From: an uncultured Alphaproteobacteria bacterium
GTDB taxonomy: Bacteria > Pseudomonadota > Alphaproteobacteria > HIMB59
DNA length: 64,000 nt
Direction: 5' to 3'
NCBI GenBank assembly: GCA_964422765.1
Contig: CAYRCI010000001.1
Span: 35,026-99,025 of the forward strand
Shown here: positions 10,707 through 19,404 of the stretch, in pieces
Layout: each line of letters starts with the position of its first letter
How positions within the stretch are numbered: position 1 is the first letter of the stretch
The notes under the pieces: model-generated
Database searches by the model: none
Seen by the model: the letters and a program-made list of their open reading frames with translations, nothing else
What the model was told of the DNA's origin: nothing
Made by a program: the position numbers and the translations under genes

Positions 10707-10968
10707 GATTACTAGGGAATCATTAGCTAATGAAATTTCTAAAGAATTTGGCATTGCTTATTCTACTGCCTATAAAAAAATTGATAATTTATTAAATATT
10801 TGGTCGAAATGTTTTTTGAATAATGATTTATCAATTTCCTCCTTGGGTACTTTTCAAATTAGAGAAAAAAATAGTAGGATTGGCAGGAATCCTAAAACAA
10901 AAGAAGAACATATTATCGAATCAAGAAAAGTCATGAGTTTTAAAAAATCTAAAAAATTAAAACTATGA
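10693..10968 (+). CDS. ihfA: Integration host factor subunit (HU/IHF family), probably alpha
   Basis: A 91-aa HU/IHF fold with LGTFQIREKNSRIGRNPKTKEEHIIESRKVMSFK (DNA-binding arm). Position between plsX and merR matches the alphaproteobacterial ihfA locus. Confidence 0.72.
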   Translation: MSQDKITRESLANEISKEFGIAYSTAYKKIDNLLNIWSKCFLNNDLSISSLGTFQIREKNSRIGRNPKTKEEHIIESRKVMSFKKSKKLKL

Positions 10969-11273
10969 GTAAAAATTATTATAATATTGATGAAATCTCC
11001 CAAATGATTGGTGAGCACAAACATACAATTCGATTTTGGGAGTCGAGAATATCAAAATTGAAGGTGCTGAGAACTCATTCTGGTCATCGACTTTATGACT
11101 ATGAAAACCTTCTTTTATTAAAAAAGATAAAACAACTGCTGGATATTCAGAAATTAACATTAGATGGGGTAGAAGCTCACCTTTCAAAATCTAAGGTTAA
11201 AAATTTTACTAATAGTGATAAAATTAAAGGCGAATTAAAGGATTTATTAAACCTTCTAAGAAAGTCCAATTAA
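10965..11273 (+). CDS. MerR-family transcriptional regulator
   Basis: N-terminal HTH YNIDEISQMIGEHKHTIRFWESR...HRLYDYENLLLLKKIK is typical of MerR. ATGA overlap with ihfA. Confidence 0.78.
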   Translation: MSKNYYNIDEISQMIGEHKHTIRFWESRISKLKVLRTHSGHRLYDYENLLLLKKIKQLLDIQKLTLDGVEAHLSKSKVKNFTNSDKIKGELKDLLNLLRKSN

Positions 11274-11274
11274 T

Positions 11275-11351
11275 CGGGGGTTAGCTCAGTCTGGTAGAGT
11301 GCACGTCTGGGGGGCGTGAGGTCGCTGGTTCGAGTCCAGTACCCCCGACCA
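11275..11351 (+). tRNA. tRNA-Pro (anticodon GGG), CCA encoded
   Basis: Cloverleaf read by hand. Acceptor CGGGGGT/ACCCCCG; anticodon stem CACGT/GCGTG with loop CTGGGGG; T-arm GCTGGTTCGAGTCCAGT; 3' ACCA. Confidence 0.9.
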
Positions 11352-11442
11352 TAAGTTAATATATATAATTCAATAAGTTTTTATTATTAGCAGAATACTT
11401 ATTAATAAGATAAAATTTATTAAAAAATCTTAGGAGGAAACT

Positions 11443-12396
11443 ATGAAAAAAATTTTAACGTCTTTATTAGTGCTTTTTTTTCTATCTATTGGTTACTCAA
11501 CTCAAGCTAAATCTATTCGTATTGCTTTAGCAGAACCGCCATCAGATGAACTAGCAGCATTTTTCGTTGCACTAGATAGAGCTAAAGCTAACGGTCTTGA
11601 ATATGAATGGACAGCATTTGCTGATGAAGAATTAGCTATTCAGTCTGTTTTAAGTGGTCAAATGGATATTGGATTTGGAACACCTTATTCTGCAATGCAG
11701 AAATCAAAGGCACCAATTAGAATTATCTTCCAATTATCTAAGCTTAAGTTTTTCCCTGTAACTACAAAAGATTACAGTAAACTTGAAGATTTAGACGGAG
11801 AGCCGATTTTACTTCACTCCAGAGGCGGTGGAACTGATTCAATTGCTAATGTAATTGAAGAAAAACTTGGTATCAAGTTCGGTGAGCGATCATATATTTC
11901 TGGTTCTGCAAATAGAGTTGCAGCACTTTTAGCAAATCAAGCTAAAGCAACTATTCTTGACTTATCTAATAAAAACAAAATCATGGCATCACACGGTGAT
12001 CAGTTCAATACACTTCCAATGTTTGATGTAGATGCTAGTGATGAAGCGTTATTTGCAAACTTAGATTGGATTAAAGCTAATGCAGACTCTGTTGATATTT
12101 TTGTAAGTGCTCTATTGAGCGTCTATAGAGATATGGCAAAAGATCCAACTATGGTCAGAAGAGAGACTAATCCTGATGGTCCAATAGGTGAACTACCTGA
12201 GGAAGTATTAGCTGAATTAGATGGTTTCTACACTGATGCAGTTGCTGGTGGTTTGTATGATGTTGATGGTGGCGGTGAAAAAGCTGCAAAGGCAGATATG
12301 GAATGGTATTCTAAAGCTGGCCAACTAGAGGGCGATTTAGCATCTTTAGACATTAATGACTTTTGGTATTTAAAACCTCTCAACGACAATAAGTAA
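11443..12396 (+). CDS. ABC transporter periplasmic substrate-binding protein (NMT1/THI5-SsuA/TauA-like), substrate unknown
   Basis: Signal peptide (LVLFFLSIGYSTQA). About 317 aa. Strong RBS (taggagg). Followed by two permeases and a TauB/SsuB-like ATPase. Confidence 0.75.
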   Translation: MKKILTSLLVLFFLSIGYSTQAKSIRIALAEPPSDELAAFFVALDRAKANGLEYEWTAFADEELAIQSVLSGQMDIGFGTPYSAMQKSKAPIRIIFQLSKLKFFPVTTKDYSKLEDLDGEPILLHSRGGGTDSIANVIEEKLGIKFGERSYISGSANRVAALLANQAKATILDLSNKNKIMASHGDQFNTLPMFDVDASDEALFANLDWIKANADSVDIFVSALLSVYRDMAKDPTMVRRETNPDGPIGELPEEVLAELDGFYTDAVAGGLYDVDGGGEKAAKADMEWYSKAGQLEGDLASLDINDFWYLKPLNDNK

Positions 12397-12412
12397 TTAA
12401 GACTATAAAGTT

Positions 12413-12446
12413 AACTACTGGGTGCTTACTGCCCAGTAGTTTATTT
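12413..12446 (+). terminator. Intra-operon hairpin / attenuating terminator after the binding-protein gene
   Basis: A 10-bp perfect stem AACTACTGGG / CCCAGTAGTT with a 9-nt loop, followed by a T/A-rich tract. It starts 17 nt after the stop codon. Confidence 0.5.
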
Positions 12447-12473
12447 AAATCAAAAATAATTAAAAAAATAAAT

Positions 12474-13232
12474 ATGATTAATAGATCTCTTTCTCTGAAA
12501 CTCTTATCTGCTATTTTAATTTTTGGTGCTTGGGAAATATCTTCTAGATCTGGTATAAATTACGCTTTTCCCACTTTTTTTGAGTCAATGTCTGCATTAT
12601 TTGACATGATTGTAAGCGGGTTAATATTTAAAGCCTATGCTGAAACACTTAAACCGCTTGTTGTAGGTGTTTTAATATCTACTTTTCTTGGAGTGGGTAT
12701 CGGAGTGTGGGTGGGGCTGAGTGAAAAGTTTGATTGGTTAGTTTCGCCTATATTTATTATTATGCAGTCAGCTCCTCTAGCCGCACTAATCCCGCTAATA
12801 ATTTTGGCCTATGGCATAGGTCTTACCTCTAAAACTTTTGTGGTGTGTATCATGGCTATGCCAGTTATTGTTCTTAACACCAGTGGTGCTGTAAAGAATA
12901 CCCCTTCTTCTTTAATTGAAATGTCTAAATCATTTCTTGCTTCTGAAAGAGAGGTAATATTAAAAATTATTATTCCATCAGCATCTCCAGTTATCTTTGC
13001 AGGTTTAAGATTAGGAGTCTCTGCTGGGTTTATTGGTGCGATATTAGCTGAATTAAAAATAACCCCAACGGGCGTAGGAGACATCATATCCTATAGTAGA
13101 ATGACAGCAGATTATCCAAGTATGTATGCTGCTATTTTTTCCATCATAGTATTGGCAGTCATTTTTTTAAATGTTCTTGAAAGAATAGAGAAATACCTCT
13201 TCGCAGGTAATAACAAAGGTTATATTTCGTAA
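12474..13232 (+). CDS. ABC transporter permease (BPD_transp_1 family)
   Basis: Six-TM-type hydrophobic profile with an EAA-loop-like region (SLIEMSKSFLASEREVILKIIIPSASPVIFAGLRLG). Confidence 0.8.
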   Translation: MINRSLSLKLLSAILIFGAWEISSRSGINYAFPTFFESMSALFDMIVSGLIFKAYAETLKPLVVGVLISTFLGVGIGVWVGLSEKFDWLVSPIFIIMQSAPLAALIPLIILAYGIGLTSKTFVVCIMAMPVIVLNTSGAVKNTPSSLIEMSKSFLASEREVILKIIIPSASPVIFAGLRLGVSAGFIGAILAELKITPTGVGDIISYSRMTADYPSMYAAIFSIIVLAVIFLNVLERIEKYLFAGNNKGYIS

Positions 13233-13249
13233 ATGAGAAAGGTAAAAAA

Positions 13250-14014
13250 ATGAATTCAAATCAAAATGCTGTAAGTGTTAAAAACGTTTATAAAAACTAT
13301 GGTGATGTTGAGGCACTTAGAGATATGACACTTGACTTCCCCAAAGGTCAGCTAACCTCCCTTCTTGGTCCATCCGGTTGTGGCAAAACCACACTTTTAA
13401 AAATCATTGCTGGCTTATTACCTGCCACTAAAGGAGAGGTTTATGTTAATAATCAACTAGTAACAACACCTGGCCCTGATCGAGCATTTGTTTTTCAAGA
13501 TTTTGCTTTAATGCCTTGGGCGTCGGTTATTCGCAATGTCGCTTTTGGTCTAGAATTAAGAAATGTTAATAAAAGTGAAAGAGAAGATATTGCAAGAAAA
13601 TATATTACTCAGGTAGGATTAAGTGGTTTTGAAAATAGCTTCCCGCATGAATTATCTGGTGGTATGAGACAGCGAGTAGGTTTGGCAAGGGCCTTGAGCG
13701 TAGACTCACCTGTTTTGTTAATGGACGAACCTTTTTCAGCAGTGGACGAACAAACTAGAAGAAAGTTTCAAGAAGATTTGTTGGATTTGGTCAAAAATGA
13801 AAATAAAACTTTTATTTTTGTTACTCACTCAATAGAAGAGGCAGTCTATGTTTCAGACCAGATCGCAATTTTACTTCCTCGACCTAGTCGAGTATCTGAA
13901 ATTATTCGACCATCGGGATTTAGAAACAAAGATGCTGACTCTATCAGAAAAGACTCTGAGTATTTAGATACAGTGGAAGGTATTTGGAAATCACTAAGAT
14001 CATACGTTGAATAA
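13250..14014 (+). CDS. ABC transporter ATP-binding protein (nitrate/sulfonate/taurine type)
   Basis: Walker A GPSGCGKTT, signature LSGGMRQRVGLARAL, Walker B VLLMDEPFSAVD, H-loop VTHS. Confidence 0.92.
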   Translation: MNSNQNAVSVKNVYKNYGDVEALRDMTLDFPKGQLTSLLGPSGCGKTTLLKIIAGLLPATKGEVYVNNQLVTTPGPDRAFVFQDFALMPWASVIRNVAFGLELRNVNKSEREDIARKYITQVGLSGFENSFPHELSGGMRQRVGLARALSVDSPVLLMDEPFSAVDEQTRRKFQEDLLDLVKNENKTFIFVTHSIEEAVYVSDQIAILLPRPSRVSEIIRPSGFRNKDADSIRKDSEYLDTVEGIWKSLRSYVE

Positions 14015-14017
14015 ATA

Positions 14018-14773
14018 ATGAGAATATTCGGAATAAAATTACCAAATATGACCTCCCTTATTCTATGGGGTCTTCTTTGGGAGTTGCTAGGACAAATGGA
14101 AGTATCTTTTTTCCTGCCACCATTGAGCTCTATCTTTTCAACGCTTTTAGAAATTTATCACACCAAAGCATTTATTAGGGCGTTAGTTGAAACTGCGCAA
14201 GCATTTTTAGGAGGCATTACTTCAGCAGTTGTGATTGGAATTCCTGTTGGTATTTTTATGGGCAAAAATAGATTTATTGATGAACTTCTGCTTCCATGGG
14301 TAAATATGTTTATGAGCGCACCATTAACTGCATTAGTACCTGTCTTGATGGTTTTATTTGGTTTTGGTTTAAAGTCTATAATTATTACGACAACTCTATT
14401 TGCAATTTGGATTATTATTTTAAATACAAGAGCAGGGGTTATGCAAATTAACCGGTCATTAGTGGATATGGCTAATTCTTTTGGCGCAAGTCCAACTGAG
14501 GCTTTTTTTAAAATATATTTTTGGGCTGCATTGCCAGAAATCATAAGTGGTATCAGAATAGGTTTTATTAGAGCTGTTAAAGGTGTAATTATCGGTCAAT
14601 TACTAATCTCTATTGTTGGTTTTGGTTCCCTATTTGAACTCTATTCCTCGAGGTTTTTAATGTCTCACTTTTGGGCTGTAATATTAGTTTTGTTTGCATT
14701 GGCTTTTACTTTGTCTGAGTTATTAGCTATGTTAGCAAAGCGTTTTGATTATTATGCTTCGAAAAGAGGCTAA
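14018..14773 (+). CDS. ABC transporter permease (second membrane subunit)
   Basis: Paralogue of 12474..13232 with an EAA-like loop (SLVDMANSFGASPTEAFFKIYFWAALPEIISGIRIG). Confidence 0.8.
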   Translation: MRIFGIKLPNMTSLILWGLLWELLGQMEVSFFLPPLSSIFSTLLEIYHTKAFIRALVETAQAFLGGITSAVVIGIPVGIFMGKNRFIDELLLPWVNMFMSAPLTALVPVLMVLFGFGLKSIIITTTLFAIWIIILNTRAGVMQINRSLVDMANSFGASPTEAFFKIYFWAALPEIISGIRIGFIRAVKGVIIGQLLISIVGFGSLFELYSSRFLMSHFWAVILVLFALAFTLSELLAMLAKRFDYYASKRG

Positions 14774-14792
14774 TTATAAGGAGAATAAAATA

Positions 14793-15479
14793 ATGAGCAA
14801 TTTAGTAATACCCGCTCCAAAACAAACTTTAATTCCTGTTCATGGCACTGATAGCCATTTCCCAGTTAGAAGAGTTTATTGCATTGGTAGAAATTACGCA
14901 GCGCATACAATTGAAATGGGTTTTGATCCAGATAAAGAACCACCATTCTTTTTTCAAAAAAATACTGACAACATTGATATCACAGGACAGTTTCCGTATC
15001 CCCCAGAAACTAGTGATGTTCACTATGAGTTAGAGTTGGTTGTTGCACTGAACAAAGGTGGAGCAAATATTAAAGAGGAAGATGCTTATGACCATATTTT
15101 TGGTTTTGGTATTGGTCTTGATATGACTAGAAGAGACCTACAAGGTGTTTGCAAAAAAATGGGAAGACCTTGGGAGATAGGTAAAGCCTTTGAACGGTCT
15201 GCTCCAATGAGTAGCATCACTCCAATGAGTCAAGTGGGTAAAATGGAAAAAGGCAGTATTCAATTAAAAGTTAATGATCAAATAAAACAAGATGGTGATT
15301 TGGATATGATGATATGGAAAATTCCAGAACAAATTGCTATTCTTTCAAAATTTTATGATATCTCTGCAGGTGATTTAATTATGACAGGCACACCGGCAGG
15401 AGTAGGACCAATAGTTAAAGGAGATAAGCTTGTTGGCACTATTGATAATCTTCAAACACTTGAGGTTACGGTAGTTTAG
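14793..15479 (+). CDS. Fumarylacetoacetate hydrolase (FAH) family protein
   Basis: VYCIGRNYAAHTIEMG, ELELVVAL, GFGIGLDMTRRDLQ and MTGTPAGVG are typical FAH-fold motifs. Start moved to ATG 14793, behind the RBS aaggag; the ORF-track start at 14745 overlaps the permease. Confidence 0.85.
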   Translation: MSNLVIPAPKQTLIPVHGTDSHFPVRRVYCIGRNYAAHTIEMGFDPDKEPPFFFQKNTDNIDITGQFPYPPETSDVHYELELVVALNKGGANIKEEDAYDHIFGFGIGLDMTRRDLQGVCKKMGRPWEIGKAFERSAPMSSITPMSQVGKMEKGSIQLKVNDQIKQDGDLDMMIWKIPEQIAILSKFYDISAGDLIMTGTPAGVGPIVKGDKLVGTIDNLQTLEVTVV

Positions 15480-15491
15480 TTTCACAATATT

Positions 15492-16994
15492 GTGCAAACG
15501 AATATTTTATACGATCAATTATTAAAACCTCATTTAAATAACTCTGAGCCATTTCTGATCAATGAGGATGGCTCAAGTTTAAATTACAAAGATTTTATTT
15601 CTTTAGCCAAAAAACTATCTTCCTTTATAAAATCCTATGATCTTCAAAAAGGAGATCGAATTTTAGTTCAAATAGAGAAATGTAGTTTTGGCTTAGTGGC
15701 TTACGCAGCATCTATTATAAGTGGTTTGGTCATTCTTCCACTCAACCCTTCCTATACACTCAAGGAAACCCTATACTTTATAGAGGACGCATCCCCTAAG
15801 ATTATTTTTTGCTCGGAAGAGAGAAAAAAGGATCTGGAAAGACTGGATAATAGAGTTGACTCAAAAGTATTTGCTATTGATGCAAATAATGAAAATTTTG
15901 ACTTTTTAAGAAATTTTTTAGAAATACAAGCGGTAGAAGATTGCTCTGACAATGATTTAATCGCAATATTGTATACATCAGGTACGACAGGTAAGTCAAA
16001 AGGGGCAACACTTTCCCATATAAATCTTATTTCTAACGCTCAAGCCTTGGTACGATTTTGGCAAATATCTTGTCAAGATATTTTAATTCACATGTTGCCC
16101 ATCTTTCATACTCATGGGTTATTTGTTGCCATCAACACTAGTTTGTTAAAGGGAGTAAGGGTATTATTTTATAAGTCATTTAATCTTCATTCTCTTTTAG
16201 ATGTTTTACCTCATGCTACTTTACTAATGGGAGTTCCTACATTTTATTCACGTTTAAATAATAGCGGGAAACTTTCTAAGGCCCTAACTAAAAAAATGAG
16301 ATTGTTTATTTCTGGAAGTGCCCCCTTATCTGCAAGTGATCATGAGGAGTTTTTCAAAAAAACAGGTCATCATATTTTAGAGAGATACGGTATGACAGAA
16401 ACAAACATGAATACATCTAATCCTTATAATGGTATTAGAAAACCAGGGAGTATTGGACTACCACTACCCAACGTAGAAGTTCGTATTCATGATGTTGAAA
16501 CCAATTCTACTCTTTCACAAAATCAAGTAGGGATGATACAAGTCAAGGGTATGAATGTATTTCAAACATACTGGGGAAAAAGTCGTACTCCAAAAGATTT
16601 TACCGAGGATGGTTATTTTATAACAGGAGATTTAGGTTATTTTGATCAAGATGGATATTTCTATATTGTAGGAAGAGAAAAGGATCTAATAATTTCAGGG
16701 GGTTTTAATATTTATCCTGTTGAGATAGAAAACATCATCAATAACCACTCTAGCGTATTAGAGTCAGCTGTGGTGGGCATAAAGAATAGCGATTTAGGAG
16801 AAGTCCCTGTTGCTGCGGTAGTTTTAAAAAAAAACAACAGCAATGAAAAAAAGATTATCGCAGAATTAAAATCCGCTTTCGAAAAGAATTTGGCAAATTT
16901 TAAAATACCCAAAGAAATAAAGATTTTCATCGAACTTCCTAAAAATAGTATGGGAAAAGTGCAAAAAAACTTAATTAGAGACAAATGGTACTAA
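15492..16994 (+). CDS. AMP-forming acyl-CoA synthetase, malonyl-CoA synthetase (MatB)-like
   Basis: AMP-binding motif LYTSGTTGKSKGA. The N-terminal region (GDRILVQIEKC...LPLNPSYTLKETLYFIEDASP) closely resembles the rhizobial MatB pattern as I recall it. GTG start. Confidence 0.7.
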   Translation: MQTNILYDQLLKPHLNNSEPFLINEDGSSLNYKDFISLAKKLSSFIKSYDLQKGDRILVQIEKCSFGLVAYAASIISGLVILPLNPSYTLKETLYFIEDASPKIIFCSEERKKDLERLDNRVDSKVFAIDANNENFDFLRNFLEIQAVEDCSDNDLIAILYTSGTTGKSKGATLSHINLISNAQALVRFWQISCQDILIHMLPIFHTHGLFVAINTSLLKGVRVLFYKSFNLHSLLDVLPHATLLMGVPTFYSRLNNSGKLSKALTKKMRLFISGSAPLSASDHEEFFKKTGHHILERYGMTETNMNTSNPYNGIRKPGSIGLPLPNVEVRIHDVETNSTLSQNQVGMIQVKGMNVFQTYWGKSRTPKDFTEDGYFITGDLGYFDQDGYFYIVGREKDLIISGGFNIYPVEIENIINNHSSVLESAVVGIKNSDLGEVPVAAVVLKKNNSNEKKIIAELKSAFEKNLANFKIPKEIKIFIELPKNSMGKVQKNLIRDKWY

Positions 16995-17100
16995 AATCAG
17001 CATTTTTGATTAATCAATTAGTGGTTTCATGTTGAAAATTATCCTATTTATTCAGTATAACCCTTGATTTTTTAATCATTTTACTTATATTCCCCCTATC

Positions 17101-17568
17101 GTGAAAACAACAACACTAAAAAAATCTGAATTTAAAAAAGAATGGCACGTTGTAGATGCAACAGACATTTCTGTTGGTCGACTTGCATCAAGAGTAAGTA
17201 TTATTTTAAAAGGTAAAAATAAACCTCAATTTTCTCCAAACCTTCCAATCGGAGATGGTGTTATTATTATTAATACAGATAAAATAAAATTTTCAGGTAA
17301 TAAAAATTCTGATAAAAAATATTACCGTCATACGGGTCACCCTGGCGGTATCAAAGAAATTACTCCTGATAAATTAAAAGAAAAAAGTAAGTCAGAAGAT
17401 ATATTAAAAAAAGCCATAAAAGGAATGTTGCCTAACTCACCTTTGTTTAGGGATTTAATGAAAAATAATTTGAAACTATACAAAGACGGCACCCATCCAC
17501 ATGAATCTCAAAATCCTAAAACAATCGACTTCAAATCATTAAATAGAAAGAACGCAGTTAATGTCTAA
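17101..17568 (+). CDS. rplM: 50S ribosomal protein L13
   Basis: KEWHVVDATDISVGRLAS...LKGKNKPQFSP... and YYRHTGHPGGIKE are L13 hallmarks. GTG start. Confidence 0.95.
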   Translation: MKTTTLKKSEFKKEWHVVDATDISVGRLASRVSIILKGKNKPQFSPNLPIGDGVIIINTDKIKFSGNKNSDKKYYRHTGHPGGIKEITPDKLKEKSKSEDILKKAIKGMLPNSPLFRDLMKNNLKLYKDGTHPHESQNPKTIDFKSLNRKNAVNV

Positions 17569-17950
17569 TCAAGTTTACAGTACTGGAAGAAGAAAAGAAT
17601 CAATTGCTAAAGTTTGGCTTTCAAACGGCACTGGCAATATTCAGATCAATAAAAAAAATATTGAAGATTATTTTAGAGATGAAGCTCTTAGAATGATTAT
17701 TAATCAACCACTTGAAATTGCTAAAAAATCTGACTCAGTAGATTTAAAAATCACCGTGTTAGGTGGAGGCTTATCAGGACAGGCTGGAGCAATCAAACAC
17801 GGTTTAAGTAGAGCCTTGACTTTAATTGACCCAAACACAAAAGACGTTCTAAAGAAAAACGGCTTTTTGACCAGAGACTCAAGAACAGTAGAACGTAAAA
17901 AGTATGGTAGGCAAAAAGCTAGACGTAGTTTCCAGTTCTCTAAAAGATAA
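17561..17950 (+). CDS. rpsI: 30S ribosomal protein S9
   Basis: GRRKESIAKVWL, GGGLSGQAGAIKHGLSRAL and the C-terminal RDSRTVERKKYGRQKARRSFQFSKR. Confidence 0.96.
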   Translation: MSNQVYSTGRRKESIAKVWLSNGTGNIQINKKNIEDYFRDEALRMIINQPLEIAKKSDSVDLKITVLGGGLSGQAGAIKHGLSRALTLIDPNTKDVLKKNGFLTRDSRTVERKKYGRQKARRSFQFSKR

Positions 17951-18125
17951 TTTTCTTTTAATACTTATATTTTCCTTATTTTTATTCAGTACTACTTCGT
18001 GTGAGAAGTCATTTCAGAATTTTGATCAAAATCTGATTGAGAAAAAAAAAGAATTAGAGGAATTTAATGAAAAGAGTATTATGAGAAAAGAGGAAATTTT
18101 AAACTCACAAGATGAAAACAATTAA
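17904..18125 (+). CDS. Hypothetical small exported/lipoprotein-like protein
   Basis: A 73-aa ORF with a hydrophobic N-terminal segment ending ...FSTTSC and then a charged tail. It fills the rpsI-hom gap, overlapping rpsI by 47 nt and hom by 14 nt. No homology recognised. Confidence 0.3.
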   Translation: MVGKKLDVVSSSLKDNFLLILIFSLFLFSTTSCEKSFQNFDQNLIEKKKELEEFNEKSIMRKEEILNSQDENN

Positions 18126-19404
18126 AATAGCAATTTTTGGTTTAGGCGTCGTTGGATCCCATGTGGTAAAACTTTTGGAAAAAAGTAATTATCACCTAGA
18201 CCATGTGAAATTTAAAATTATTGCTATTGGTGCCTCGAATCGAAGTAAAAAAAGAATTTTTGACATCAAAAAATATAAATGGGTTAGAAATTTTAAGGAT
18301 TTAAATTTACTTCAAGAAAAACCTGATATTTTAATTGAAACTATTGGAGGGACAGGAAAATACATTAACGATCTATATAGATACTGTATTGATCGACAAA
18401 TATCTCTTATTACAGCAAACAAAGCTCAATTAGCAGAAAATGGTGATTTATACTTTAATAAATTCGATAACTTGAATCTCTTTTTAGGCTTTGAAGCAGC
18501 AGTTTTAGGTGCAGTCCCAGTTGTGAGAACTTTAGAGCAAAGCATTCTTCCATCGCGAGTTAAATCTATTTATGGAATTTTTAATGGAACGACTAATTAC
18601 ATCATCTCCCAGATGTATGAGAATAAAATTAGTTTTCAGGAATCTCTTAATCAAGCAATTAATAATGGATTTGCAGAGCAAGACTCATCCGCTGACCTAT
18701 CAGGAAAAGATGCTACACATAAATTAACCCTTTTATCCAATTTGGCTTTTGGTAAAAAATTTAAATTTAAAAATATTGACTATAAAGGTATTGAAAATAT
18801 TAAATTAATTGATTTAGAGCAAGGTTTGAACTTAGGGTACAAATTAAAACTTTTATCTCTTACTGAAAGACACAACAATAAATATTATAGTTCTGTTGCG
18901 CCTTGTTTTATTTCTAAAAATAGCATCATTGCAAAAACAGATTTTGAGGAAAATGTTATCTCCTTAGAAGGAGATGATTTTTTAAAAACAAGTTTAGTAG
19001 GCAAGGGGGCAGGGGGGTATCCAACTGCAACCTCTATCTTATCAGATTTAAAAAAATATATTAATCACTCTAGCAATCTAGGAGTTTTTCATCACAAATA
19101 CTCTAAAATGGCCAATGCACTTTTCCTCAACCAATCAGATCGAAAACGTCCTTATTACATTAGACTATCCGCCATTAACAAAATTGGAGTTCTTAAATCT
19201 ATTGCTGAAATGTTTTCTAAAAATTCTATATCAATCAAATCCATTATACAGCTCAATACAACGAATGAAAAAATTGTTCCAATAATAATAGTCTCTGAAC
19301 CCACTAGCGTTATTAATATCAATAAAGTTGTAGGACGACTTAACCAATCTAAATTTATCCAAAAACAAATCTCTGTTATAAGGATAGAAGAAAACATTGG
19401 ATAG
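18112..19404 (+). CDS. hom: Homoserine dehydrogenase
   Basis: N-terminal Rossmann IAIFGLGVVGSHV, catalytic-domain motifs (FNGTTNYIISQM, GKDATHKL, GKGAGGYPTATSILSDL) and a C-terminal ACT domain. Confidence 0.9.
   Translation: MKTIKIAIFGLGVVGSHVVKLLEKSNYHLDHVKFKIIAIGASNRSKKRIFDIKKYKWVRNFKDLNLLQEKPDILIETIGGTGKYINDLYRYCIDRQISLITANKAQLAENGDLYFNKFDNLNLFLGFEAAVLGAVPVVRTLEQSILPSRVKSIYGIFNGTTNYIISQMYENKISFQESLNQAINNGFAEQDSSADLSGKDATHKLTLLSNLAFGKKFKFKNIDYKGIENIKLIDLEQGLNLGYKLKLLSLTERHNNKYYSSVAPCFISKNSIIAKTDFEENVISLEGDDFLKTSLVGKGAGGYPTATSILSDLKKYINHSSNLGVFHHKYSKMANALFLNQSDRKRPYYIRLSAINKIGVLKSIAEMFSKNSISIKSIIQLNTTNEKIVPIIIVSEPTSVININKVVGRLNQSKFIQKQISVIRIEENIG

Noticed and set aside
11398-11409. The 12-bp perfect palindromes CTTATTAATAAG (11398-11409, upstream of the orphan ABC operon) and TTGATTAATCAA (17006-17017, upstream of rplM).
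   Set aside because: Short pure-AT palindromes are expected by chance in DNA this AT-rich. They have no second copy or adjacent regulator to support a function.
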